A stretch of 64,000 nucleotides of DNA, taken from contig JBDRWW010000002.1 of the NCBI GenBank assembly GCA_039802605.1, forward strand, positions 32,001 to 96,000, in the 5' to 3' direction. Position numbers and translations under genes: made by a program. The DNA comes from a candidate division WOR-3 bacterium. GTDB lineage: Bacteria > Hydrothermota > Hydrothermia > LBFQ01. The notes below the pieces were generated by a model that was not told where the DNA came from, made no database searches, and worked only from the letters and a program-made list of their open reading frames with translations. Below, piece after piece: positions 1 to 9,493 of this stretch. Positions within the stretch are counted from its first letter, which is position 1. The number at the start of each line of letters is the position of its first letter.

Positions 1-63
1 GGGTTTTATTGACTTTACCACATATTCCAACTCCTTATAAGCCTCCTCCCATATGTTTTTCAT
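1..63 (-). CDS. 5' end of a gene running off the window (MKNIWEEAYKELEYVVKSIKP...), product unknown
   Basis: ATG at 63, open to position 1. TAAAAT -10 box at 74-79 lies 10 nt upstream, as for other genes here. Confidence 0.5.
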   Translation of the reverse strand, partial: MKNIWEEAYKELEYVVKSIKP

Positions 64-76
64 AAAGGTGTGTATT

Positions 77-710
77 TTATCGTAGAATGACTTTTAGGGT
101 TGATAAAACATCCCCCTCAACACCGCTTGTGGTTATTACAAATTCCCACTTTTCACCGCTGATATACTTTCCCCTTCTGGGGTCATAAATATGGGGTTTA
201 TTATCCCTTAAAGAGGAAGAGGATGAAACGAAAACATCCTTAAATGTTAGCATTTCCCCATTTGGAAGGCGGATTTTCCATACACCCTTCCCGTATATGC
301 TACTTCCCCCAAAGTTTATAAGGAAACTATCGAGTTTAAGCCCTTTTGATACCGATACGAAAACATCCAAGGCAAAACCCTTTGCTATACCCCCCGGGTC
401 AAAGGAACATCCCTTCGGGAAATACCAAATCCCCTTTTCCAACCTTTTGGGAAAACCCCTACCCTTATAAAAGGGATTAAAAATCCCTTCGGTTTTTTTG
501 TAATAATAAATTGATAAAACCAGAAGGCTATCCGTTAAACTATCGACATAAAACCCACCCCTCCCAAAACCCCCTCCAAAGTTTATCCATCTCATTTGCC
601 AATGAAAAAACCGTATCCGCAAAGGCTTCCGCATCTTCACCGTAAACCTCAATTTCAAGTATTGTACCCATAACAAACTGCGCCCTCAAAAGGCAAATAA
701 GGATACTCAT
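77..710 (-). pseudogene. apbE: FAD:protein FMN transferase (ApbE family), frameshifted near 560-580
   Basis: The C-terminal frame (77-676) has DPGGIAKGFALD, INFGGSS and HIYDPRRG. The true N-terminus lies in another frame from the ATG at 710 (MSILICLLRAQFVMGTILEIEVYG...DKLW). Removing one G from the G5 run joins the two into a 633-nt frame. Confidence 0.8.
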
Positions 711-1177
711 AAAAACATATCAATTAAAACTTTTGCCCCCATTATCAGGATACCCGGCAAAAACAACAGGGTGCTTAAAGGTTTGATATACACAATCCAG
801 AAAGGAAAGAATTTTATAAGCCAAGGGGAGAGTATGAAACCCAAGAGACCTATAAATGTAAGGTTTATTATGGCGGATTTTAACTTTTGGCTTGTGTTTG
901 AATACGAGAAAAATACCGAGAACACGAAGGCTATTAAAGGTGATATAAAGGAATGGAAATGGGAAACCTCCGCCAATTCAAGTACCGATTTTCCGAACTT
1001 CATTTCCGAAGGATTTCCCTTATAGTAATCCATCAACCTGTGTAAAAACCCGCTTAACGGGGAATGGGAAACCGTTTGATCAACGATAATGAAGGCAAAG
1101 AGGAAGCCAAGAATTGTAAAAGCGTAAAGCCATAAAAACGAAACCTTTATGCCAGATGGTAAATCCTTTAACTTCAT
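707..1177 (-). CDS. Small integral membrane protein (about 4 TM) with an HxH motif, in the flavinylation operon
   Basis: Hydrophobic segments and ELAEVSHFHSF. ATGA overlaps with both neighbours. Confidence 0.65.
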   Translation of the reverse strand: MKLKDLPSGIKVSFLWLYAFTILGFLFAFIIVDQTVSHSPLSGFLHRLMDYYKGNPSEMKFGKSVLELAEVSHFHSFISPLIAFVFSVFFSYSNTSQKLKSAIINLTFIGLLGFILSPWLIKFFPFWIVYIKPLSTLLFLPGILIMGAKVLIDMFL

Positions 1178-1662
1178 TTCCCGAATACCATATCGTAAAG
1201 GAACAATATCCTCTTTACACCCGCGGTAATTGACTTTACGGATATTGTGGCTCCTGGGATGTTTCTTATAACTTTTCCGTGGGCTAAGTCGTCTTCCTTA
1301 CCCTTGCCCTCAAACTGTTTTAAAAAGGTTTTTTCCTTTATCTCCCACCCGTACTTTTCCCTGTATATCAGAATTTCCACGGCTTTTACCTTACCCTTAT
1401 CATCCAAAACCACCATATATGTTATGGGCATATGCTTTCCCTTTATATCGTCTATAACAAGGGTTGTATATAACTCTCCGCCTTTATATCCCCTGTAAAA
1501 ACGCAAAACTTTACGGGAAAAAGGGGGATGACCCCACCTCCTCAAACTGTCGTTTATCCCCTTATCAACCCTTACATCCACGGTATCAACCCTTTCGCAA
1601 CATTTCAGGTATTTCTCCATTAGGTGTAGGGAATCTATGTAAAACTGGGAGATCGGCATCAT
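1174..1662 (-). CDS. FMN-binding domain protein (RnfG/NqrC-like flavinylation target)
   Basis: IRNIPGATISVKSI resembles the [ST]GA[ST] flavinylation motif. apbE is in the same operon. Confidence 0.8.
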   Translation of the reverse strand: MMPISQFYIDSLHLMEKYLKCCERVDTVDVRVDKGINDSLRRWGHPPFSRKVLRFYRGYKGGELYTTLVIDDIKGKHMPITYMVVLDDKGKVKAVEILIYREKYGWEIKEKTFLKQFEGKGKEDDLAHGKVIRNIPGATISVKSITAGVKRILFLYDMVFGK

Positions 1663-2418
1663 AACAGTATGCCCATTATAAGGCGGAAGTTAAAACTCTC
1701 GTGTTCATCAAGTACCCTTGTTATCTGCGGATAAAGACCTGCCGTTATCCAGAACTTGGTATGGGAGTAGTGTATTACCGGACCTATGAATAGGGCAAAG
1801 TGCTCCGCGTTTCCGGAAGGGAAAACCTTATCCGGCCACTCGCTATGAGACCAACCCTCAAAGCCTACTGAAAAACTTCTATCACCTATGGGGAATTTAT
1901 ACACCAATCCACCGGTTATTGAAAACTCGGCTTCCCTTTCAATTTCATCGTACCCCTCGCGCTCAAACTCCGTTTCACCGATAATATTAGAAGCCAACTG
2001 AAAGTTCCCTATATTCTTGGAGAGTAAGAGCTTGACTTCTCCCTTTACCTCGTGGCCGTAATAGTATAACTCTCCATAAAACCCAAATGGGGGTAACCTG
2101 TAAATCCAGGCCCAAGCCAATCCTTTAAAGGATGTTTTATTAACATTTTGACCGTCTGGATAGGCGATAAACTCCTTTCCAAAATCGAGGTATATATCCG
2201 TACTCAGGTTTGGCGTGAAGGCATGTTCCAATTCAAGCCTTAGGTCCTGCGCGGAATAAAACTGACCTTCCCTACCTTGTTTTATCGTTAACCAGGTTTC
2301 AAACTCCGTGAAACCGCTCGGCAGGAGATCCGTATCGTATGTGTATAGGAATAACCTCTCATGCCCCCAAAGGCCAAAGGAGTGCCGGTAAAACGCTTAA
2401 ATAAATTATTCTTTTCAT
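1659..2418 (-). pseudogene. Outer-membrane beta-barrel protein (DUF6662-like), frameshifted by a 7-bp duplication just after the signal peptide
   Basis: The 1659-2231 frame stays open upstream as HERLFLYTYDTDLLPSGFTEFETW...DLRLELEH. The signal peptide MKRIIYLSVLPALLW starts at 2418 in another frame. ccaaagg is tandemly duplicated at 2367-2380; removing one copy gives a 753-nt ORF. Confidence 0.75.
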
Positions 2419-2616
2419 AGGTTGGGTATTTTTTGGTTGTAATCCTGACTAAAAAGGTCAAGATTTACGAGTAAGTTGCAATTGCATATGGTGGCACATA
2501 ATTTATGCCAACAACCCATATAATTGAGGAATTGAAACATCGCCGGGATCCGGCGTATTAAGAGAAGCCGTGGCTTAGGCCGCACGCATCGGCAAATATA
2601 ACTAAAAAAACCTCTG

Positions 2617-3996
2617 CTATTTTACAATTACTTTTTTAGCCTTGTTCTCATTAACTATGAAATAAACCCCCGAAGACCGCGCACCGCTTCTTCTCCTACC
2701 CAACACATCGTATATCGCTCCATCCTTATAAACCTTGCCATATCGTTTGCTTTTAATTCCCAATTTTCTTATTGGCATAACGGCTACATATATATCAAGA
2801 TGAGAAGAAGTATCTCGCAAATCACCCCAAGCAACATAAATTGCTGTATCCCCCAAGGCACAACTCAAAAAGTCGTTGCCCGACGAGGTTAGAATGGTAT
2901 CGTATTCAGAGGGTTGCCCGGAAACAACGAAATTTCTTCCAAAGGTATTGCCGCCGTCAAACGAAATCGTTCCGTATATTTCAAAAGGTACCGCTCTACC
3001 CATACCTCCATTTCTCCTATCCCTCCAAAAGAAAGCCACCACACTATCTTTAGCACACCCCCAAAGCATATCCTGATAAACACCGTTTACAGGAGTATCA
3101 TCGTTTAATCTGAAAGGGGTAGTCCATGTGTCACCTCCATCACCGCTAACTTGGGCAACGGCATCCGGATCTCCAAATGTTCCATCTATGCGGGTGGCTA
3201 TTATTTTGCCATTTGCGGGTATTACGATTAGAGGAGAACCAATTTTTAACAGGGTATCCGCCACTATAGACCGTGGCAAAAGGGCGGATATTTCTTTATA
3301 CCTGAATGTAAAACCTCCATCGGTACTTATCGCAAGCATATGGCGGGGAAGGGGATAATGGGATGGGTTATAGGAAAAATATCCTATATATATTATGCTG
3401 TCTCCCCAGAGGGCTATTTGACCCATACTACGGACCTGAGAGGGGAAGTTAGTGGAATCTCCTATGGGAATAAGGGGAGACCAAGTAAGACCCCCATCGT
3501 GAGAGTATTTAAGGTACAAATAATATGGAGGGGTAGCCCCCGCGATTTTAGCCTCCATAGTGGTGATATAAAGGTTATTCCCGGAAACCGTTAACCAAGG
3601 CCTGTCTATAGGAAAATCCGGCGCTTCATCGTACCGTATTATTACCCGGGGAGAATACCATGTTGAACCACCATCGGTTGAAACTGTAAGTACTACAAAC
3701 CCAGAATCCAGACTATAATCTACATATACCAAGTATAAAGTTCCGTCTTCGGAAAAAGCCATGGTGGGATCCGCGGATCTAAATCCGCCTACCACATGGG
3801 GCATAATACGAACACTTGACCAAGTAATTCCACCATCATAAGAAGACCGCACCGCTATGAACGATGTTCCAAACATCCCCTTTATCCACGCCACAACTAC
3901 ATTGTTTGGATTCGTAGGATTTACGGCCACTACCGGTTCCCCATCAAAGGCAGGGGAGTTGGATAGATTTACTTCATAAAATGTAAGGAGCAACAT
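2617..3996 (-). CDS. Secreted BNR/Asp-box (sialidase-like beta-propeller) protein with a T9SS-like C-terminal domain
   Basis: Repeated SxDGGxTW/F motifs. C-terminal IYDVLGRR...GVYFIV...KKVIVK. Confidence 0.8.
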   Translation of the reverse strand: MLLLTFYEVNLSNSPAFDGEPVVAVNPTNPNNVVVAWIKGMFGTSFIAVRSSYDGGITWSSVRIMPHVVGGFRSADPTMAFSEDGTLYLVYVDYSLDSGFVVLTVSTDGGSTWYSPRVIIRYDEAPDFPIDRPWLTVSGNNLYITTMEAKIAGATPPYYLYLKYSHDGGLTWSPLIPIGDSTNFPSQVRSMGQIALWGDSIIYIGYFSYNPSHYPLPRHMLAISTDGGFTFRYKEISALLPRSIVADTLLKIGSPLIVIPANGKIIATRIDGTFGDPDAVAQVSGDGGDTWTTPFRLNDDTPVNGVYQDMLWGCAKDSVVAFFWRDRRNGGMGRAVPFEIYGTISFDGGNTFGRNFVVSGQPSEYDTILTSSGNDFLSCALGDTAIYVAWGDLRDTSSHLDIYVAVMPIRKLGIKSKRYGKVYKDGAIYDVLGRRRSGARSSGVYFIVNENKAKKVIVK

Positions 3997-4047
3997 TCAA
4001 TATTAGATCCCGAAATGTTCCACTTTCCTCCTTACAATAGCAAACTT

Positions 4048-5010
4048 ATGAACGAAATCTTGCTAACTGTAATTATAGGTGCCGTTATTATACTTTTATT
4101 ACTCGGCCTATTCTTAAACCTAAAATCCGAAATGAGACAGGAAATTACTAATTTAAATCAGAGAGTAGATAACTTTATCCTACAATTCGGACAAATATCC
4201 GAATCAATTTCGGGAAATGTCAATCAAAAGATGGATAGTTTAATTATACAACTCAATCAGATAACCGAAAGCACAAATAGGAGGGTTGATAACCTTAACA
4301 ATATTCTAACGGAACTTACGAAAAGTATCGGCCAAGAATTCAGGGGAAGATTTGGGGAAATTATGCTTGAAAGGTTGATAGAAGACCTACTTCCGAAGTC
4401 TTATTACGAATTTCAATTTCAATTGGGAAACGGTGTAAAGGTTGATGCGGTTATAAAGTTTCCAAATCCGAATAAAGTTTTACCCATAGACTCAAAATTC
4501 CCTCTTAGTAATTATGAGAAAATGCTGTCATCGGAAAACGATAAGGACAGGAAAAAATATAGGGATGAATTTGTACGCGATGTGAAAAAACGGTGTGAAG
4601 AGATCTCCGACAGGTATATACAACCACACAACGGAACTTTTGATTTCGCCTTTATGTTTATACCATCCGAAAGCATTTATTATGAAATCATTTCCGGGGA
4701 TGATGGTGAGGAAACCCTTAGGTATATGCTGGACAGGAAGGTTATACCAACTTCACCTACAACGCTATACTTTCACCTTTTAATGTTTATGAATCATTTC
4801 AGGATTTGGGAAATACAAAGGAATGTAGGGAAAATAATAGATATGTTATCGGGCTTGGAGAATGAGTTCAAAAACCTACAAAGCGAATTTGAAACCCTCG
4901 GGGGACACCTTAATCGCGCACAATCAAAGTATGCGCAACTAAACGACAAATTTCAACGCTTCAACCTATTAATTGAAAACCTCACAAGAAACGAATTACT
5001 CAACCCTTAG
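4048..5010 (+). CDS. rmuC: DNA recombination protein RmuC family
   Basis: N-terminal TM, coiled coil, RGRFGEIMLE, IDSKFPL, TFDFAFMFIPSE. Start moved to ATG 4048, which follows a TACAAT box. Confidence 0.85.
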   Translation: MNEILLTVIIGAVIILLLLGLFLNLKSEMRQEITNLNQRVDNFILQFGQISESISGNVNQKMDSLIIQLNQITESTNRRVDNLNNILTELTKSIGQEFRGRFGEIMLERLIEDLLPKSYYEFQFQLGNGVKVDAVIKFPNPNKVLPIDSKFPLSNYEKMLSSENDKDRKKYRDEFVRDVKKRCEEISDRYIQPHNGTFDFAFMFIPSESIYYEIISGDDGEETLRYMLDRKVIPTSPTTLYFHLLMFMNHFRIWEIQRNVGKIIDMLSGLENEFKNLQSEFETLGGHLNRAQSKYAQLNDKFQRFNLLIENLTRNELLNP

Positions 5011-6018
5011 AACGACCTTTCCAAAAGGTGAAAAACTTTCAAGTATTCTATGTCCTTCCTTTGCATCCTTTAAATCCAAAACCGTATGGACAACGGGCTT
5101 TAATTTTCCCTCATTTACAAACCTTATAACTTTGAAAAGCACACCCTTGCTACCCATAGTTGAGCCTATTAAGGACACCTGCCTGTAAAATATATGCCTT
5201 AAATCAATGTTTGCGCTGTATCCAGAAGTTGCCCCGTATATCACCACCTTGCCGCCCCACTTGGTTATGTTTATTAGTTTTTGTATGTTTTCTTTACCCG
5301 AATGGTCAATCACCAAATCAACCCTTCCGAACTTTTCAATAACAACTTTTTCAAAATCCTCCTTTTTCCTGTTTATAACAAAATCCGCACCGAGTTTATA
5401 AGCCTTTTCAACCTTTTCATCGGAACCCACCGTAGTTATTACATAAGCGTTATAGAGTTTTGCTATTTGAACGGCGGCGCTACCAACCCCACCACCGGCC
5501 GATGTTATAAAAACCAAATCACCGGGTTTAACTTCCCCCTTTTCAACAACCGCTTGCCAAGCGGTTAAAAACACCAAGGGTATGGCGCTGGCCTCTTCAA
5601 AGGATAGTTTTTCGGGAAACGGTAGGACATTTTCCTGGGGTATCTTAACATACTGGGCATATCCGCCCCATATATGCTCCCCAAGGATTTTATAATCCTT
5701 ACATAGGTTATCCTTACCGGATAAGCACATATCACACTTTCCACAACTAACACCAGGGGAGACGAGAACCTTTTGACCCAATTTTACCCCCTCAACCCCC
5801 TCCCCCACCTTTTCCACAACCCCGGCTATATCGCTTCCCAAAATATGGGGCATTTTTAATTTTGGATATACACCCCTTCTAACCCATACATCCAAGTGGT
5901 TTAAGGATACCGCCTTAACCCTAACCAAAATTTCATTGGGTCCTATCTTGGGTTCCGGTAGTTCTCCGTATTTCAGAACATTTAAATCTCCGAACTCTTC
6001 AATATAAACCGCCTTCAT
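4996..6018 (-). CDS. Zinc-binding alcohol dehydrogenase / quinone oxidoreductase (MDR family)
   Basis: [15 protein letters not shown], structural-Zn motif CGKCDMC...[14 protein letters not shown]. Confidence 0.9.
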   Translation of the reverse strand: MKAVYIEEFGDLNVLKYGELPEPKIGPNEILVRVKAVSLNHLDVWVRRGVYPKLKMPHILGSDIAGVVEKVGEGVEGVKLGQKVLVSPGVSCGKCDMCLSGKDNLCKDYKILGEHIWGGYAQYVKIPQENVLPFPEKLSFEEASAIPLVFLTAWQAVVEKGEVKPGDLVFITSAGGGVGSAAVQIAKLYNAYVITTVGSDEKVEKAYKLGADFVINRKKEDFEKVVIEKFGRVDLVIDHSGKENIQKLINITKWGGKVVIYGATSGYSANIDLRHIFYRQVSLIGSTMGSKGVLFKVIRFVNEGKLKPVVHTVLDLKDAKEGHRILESFSPFGKVVLRVE

Positions 6019-8381
6019 TCCTCACCCTCCACAATTACAACATCGGCAATCCTATCCCCATCCGAAAGGTTTATAAGCTTAACGCCCTTTGCCGTTCGCG
6101 AATAAAGGGGTATATCCTTCAACTTTATCCTATTCACTATACCCTTTTCCGTAAGGATTACGCATTCGTTGTTATCAACCTGTGGGAATTTCATAAAGGA
6201 GAATATCTTTCCCGATGTTATATAAACCCCGGTTTTTCTGCCCCTTTTCATAAGCGGAATTTCATCAACCTTTAACCTTTTGGCATAACCGTCTTCGGTG
6301 ATAACCATTATTTCATCCGTTTCTTTTACGGGTAATGCGGTTAAAGGCTCACCCTTTATTGTCAATACCCCTTTACTACCCCTTGATAACAGGGGAATCT
6401 CATCAACTTTAACCCTGTAAGCCTTCCCGTTTTTGGATGCTATGACAACCTGATCCTCGTCCAAAATCGTATATACGCTCGCAACCCCTTCCTTTGAAAT
6501 GCTCGTCCCCATCCTACCCTTTAATACATCGGAAAGTTTAACCCTCTTTATTTTACCCGCCTTTGACAGAATAACCAACTGGTATTTTTCGGGGTTTTCG
6601 GGTATTGGGAATGTCCATACAACCCTTTCATCCCTTTCAAGGTTCTTAAAGAAATTCCTCAAAGATTTACCCTTTGCGTTAAAAGAGGTTTCCGGAATTT
6701 CATAAGCCTTTAACCAATAAACCGAACCCCTATCGGTTATAATGGCAACGGTATCATGTGTAGAACAGTAGGTTATGGCGGATGGTATATCGTCCTCGTA
6801 AAACTTTATTGCGGTTTTTCCGCTTGTCCTCCTGTTTAAGAGTTTAAAAGACCTTAAAGGCAACCTCTTCGCATACCCACCCCTTGTAAAGATTAAAACC
6901 ACATCTTCCTCTTTTATAAGCGATTCAATATCAACATCCTCTACCTCTTGGCGGAGTATAACCGTTCTCCTCTTATCTCCGTATTTTTTCTTTATCTCCT
7001 CAAATTCCCCGATCATCACATCTTTTAGCACCTCCTCGTTTTCGAGTATTGACCTGTAATACTTTATATCCTTTTCAAGTTTTTCCCTTTCATCCAATAG
7101 GTTTTTGAGTTGCAGTTTTGTTAGCGATGATAAGCGCATTTCAAGGATGCTGTTGGCTTGTATTTCGGTAAAGCCCAAGGATATTAATCCGTTTCTCGCT
7201 TCCTCCGTGGTTTCGGATTCCCTTATGGTTTTTATTACCGTATCCATTATGTCCATAGCCTTTATGAGGCCTTCAACGATTTCAAGCCTGTGTAAAGCCT
7301 TCCTCAAACGGTAATTTGTCCTCCTTATAACGACATTTTTCCGGTGTTCAAGGTATATACTCAAAGCATCCTTTAAGTTTAGGAGTTTTGGCTGGACGCC
7401 CACGAGGGCGAGCATGTTAATTGAATATGTCTTTTGTATGTTTGAGTATTTCAAAAGTTGGTTTTCAACAACGGAAGGGTCTGCCCCCTTCTTCAAAACT
7501 ATTACAACCCTTAGACCTTCTTTATCGCTTTCATCCCTCAAATCCGCTATTCCCTCAACTTTACCCGCCCTTACCAATTCGGCTATTTGCTTTATTAAAT
7601 CCGCCTTTTTAACCTCATAAGGGATTTCCGTTATGACTATCTTGTTATTATCAACCTTGTATTTTGCCCTTATTGTTATTTTCCCCTGACCGGTTTTATA
7701 GGCCTCAACGAGTCCGGAATATCCGAGGATATAACCACCCGTTGGGAAATCGGGGCCCTTAACGATCTTTATAAGTTCATCAATTGTTATATCCGGGTTT
7801 TTTACCATTGCAATGCAGGCGTCCATAAGTTCGGTTAGGTTGTGGGGTGGGATGTTTGTGGCCATACCAACCGCTATACCGGACGAGCCATTTGCCAAAA
7901 GGTTTGGGAATTTTGATGCCAATATTACGGGTTCTTTGTATTGCCCGTCAAAGTTTGGAACAAAATCAACGGTATCCTCGTCTATTTCTCCAATAACTTC
8001 AAGGGCTATATCGTTAAGCCTCGCCTCCGTATAACGGTATGCGGATGGCGGGTCGCCGTCTATGGAGCCGAAGTTTCCCTGCCCCTGAATTAGGGGGTAT
8101 CTCATGCTGAAATCTTGCGCCAACCTAACCAAAGCTTCATAAACCGCCTGGTCTCCGTGGGGGTGATATTTTCCGATAACCTCACCTACGACGGTTGCGG
8201 ATTTTCTAAAAGGACGATTTGGTAAAAGGTTTAATTCACGCATTGCGTAAAGGATACGCCTCTGGACGGGCTTTAAACCATCCCTCGCATCGGGTATAGC
8301 CCTACCAACTATTACGCTAACCGCATAATCCAAATAACTACTTTTAAGTTCCTCTTCAAGCTCCGCTTCCAATAACTTCAT
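6015..8381 (-). CDS. gyrA: Type IIA topoisomerase subunit A (DNA gyrase A, degenerate GyrA-box)
   Basis: [16 protein letters not shown], catalytic [24 protein letters not shown]-terminal pinwheel repeats. Confidence 0.92.
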   Translation of the reverse strand: MKLLEAELEEELKSSYLDYAVSVIVGRAIPDARDGLKPVQRRILYAMRELNLLPNRPFRKSATVVGEVIGKYHPHGDQAVYEALVRLAQDFSMRYPLIQGQGNFGSIDGDPPSAYRYTEARLNDIALEVIGEIDEDTVDFVPNFDGQYKEPVILASKFPNLLANGSSGIAVGMATNIPPHNLTELMDACIAMVKNPDITIDELIKIVKGPDFPTGGYILGYSGLVEAYKTGQGKITIRAKYKVDNNKIVITEIPYEVKKADLIKQIAELVRAGKVEGIADLRDESDKEGLRVVIVLKKGADPSVVENQLLKYSNIQKTYSINMLALVGVQPKLLNLKDALSIYLEHRKNVVIRRTNYRLRKALHRLEIVEGLIKAMDIMDTVIKTIRESETTEEARNGLISLGFTEIQANSILEMRLSSLTKLQLKNLLDEREKLEKDIKYYRSILENEEVLKDVMIGEFEEIKKKYGDKRRTVILRQEVEDVDIESLIKEEDVVLIFTRGGYAKRLPLRSFKLLNRRTSGKTAIKFYEDDIPSAITYCSTHDTVAIITDRGSVYWLKAYEIPETSFNAKGKSLRNFFKNLERDERVVWTFPIPENPEKYQLVILSKAGKIKRVKLSDVLKGRMGTSISKEGVASVYTILDEDQVVIASKNGKAYRVKVDEIPLLSRGSKGVLTIKGEPLTALPVKETDEIMVITEDGYAKRLKVDEIPLMKRGRKTGVYITSGKIFSFMKFPQVDNNECVILTEKGIVNRIKLKDIPLYSRTAKGVKLINLSDGDRIADVVIVEGEE

Positions 8382-8536
8382 ACGGGAGTGGGAATTTTAA
8401 GGGTGGAGGGTTGCTTATAGTCAAGGGTTTAAACGCTTTTTGTGGAAGGTTTGCGGGAATTTTTGCCCTATCCGTTGTTCCATATAAAAATCGGCAGTCG
8501 TTAAAATCGTCGATGCTTCAACTTTAAAATTTACGG

Positions 8537-8995
8537 ATGATTGCGGTATTATACCCGAGGGATGATAAGTTGGCTATGGAGATAGCCATAAAGGTGGGTT
8601 TGGATTATGACAATGTATATGTTGCACCTACATACAGGATAAGGGAAAAAAATGTTTTAAGCGAGTTGGAGAAGGCCGAATACGGGATAATGTTGATTTT
8701 TGATCCAAAGGTTGGAATTGATGAAAAAACCAATAAAAGGTTTAATTTTTTGAAAGATAGGGTTAAAAAGATGTTCGTCATAATCCCTGATGTTTTGAAA
8801 ACAAATGTTAAGGCCAATGGGAAAATAGAATTCGTGGAGTTTAGGAGCAACGACTATAACGATTTGATTTCCAAGTTAAACGCTTTGGTGAATAGGTTAA
8901 ATTCGGAAAAGGTACAATCGGAAAACTTTATTTTACTCCTTTTGGTAATTGTTTTCATAATAGCCCTTTTAATAACAATCAAAACCTCAAAGTAA
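8537..8995 (+). CDS. Hypothetical protein: alpha/beta (possibly TIR-like) domain plus a C-terminal TM helix
   Basis: TAAAAT 6 nt before the ATG. Alternating strand/helix pattern. C-terminal FILLLLVIVFIIALLITI. Confidence 0.65.
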   Translation: MIAVLYPRDDKLAMEIAIKVGLDYDNVYVAPTYRIREKNVLSELEKAEYGIMLIFDPKVGIDEKTNKRFNFLKDRVKKMFVIIPDVLKTNVKANGKIEFVEFRSNDYNDLISKLNALVNRLNSEKVQSENFILLLLVIVFIIALLITIKTSK

Positions 8996-9493
8996 ATGCG
9001 AATTGTGGTTATTGATTCCGATGTTTTAATAGATATTGAAAATATCGTTTCAACTAGCCGCGAGATTTTGAGGAAAGTAATAAAAACTTTTCTAATATCT
9101 TTTTGCGGGGCGAATTATATTTTGATACCCAAGACCGTAAGTAAAGAGGTGGGCGAACGCATAATTCAAAACTTACATTATTATTCCAACGACTTTGTAG
9201 GTTTTGAGATTTGCGAGATTTCAAATCAAAGGGAAATTGAAAACCTGGTTAATAGGTTTTTTAAGGTTGTAAAGGCTAGCAAAGAACACCGGGGAGAAGC
9301 CGATGCTATAAATCAGATTTTAAAAATTGGGAAGATGGATAACAAAACCAAAATAAAACGATATGGTTCCAATAGAATTGAACTTATATTTGTATCCGGA
9401 GATAAAGGGGCTTTAAATGTTGCGGAAAATTTGGGGATAGAGTTTATAAACTGGAAGGTTATTAAACCGTATTTAATGGAGATTTCAAGATAA
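8996..9493 (+). CDS. PIN-domain (VapC-like) ribonuclease
   Basis: IVVIDSDVLID, V..E, GEADAI and SGDKGA match the PIN acidic catalytic pattern. Start directly abuts the upstream stop (TAAATG). Confidence 0.7.
   Translation: MRIVVIDSDVLIDIENIVSTSREILRKVIKTFLISFCGANYILIPKTVSKEVGERIIQNLHYYSNDFVGFEICEISNQREIENLVNRFFKVVKASKEHRGEADAINQILKIGKMDNKTKIKRYGSNRIELIFVSGDKGALNVAENLGIEFINWKVIKPYLMEISR

Noticed and set aside
8383..8393. cgggagtggga upstream of gyrA resembles the tRNA-Leu 3' end (cgggagcggga), suggesting an att site bounding 8.4-12.9 kb
   Set aside because: Only 10 of 11 nt match, it lies in the gyrA promoter-start spacer, and there is no integrase in the window.
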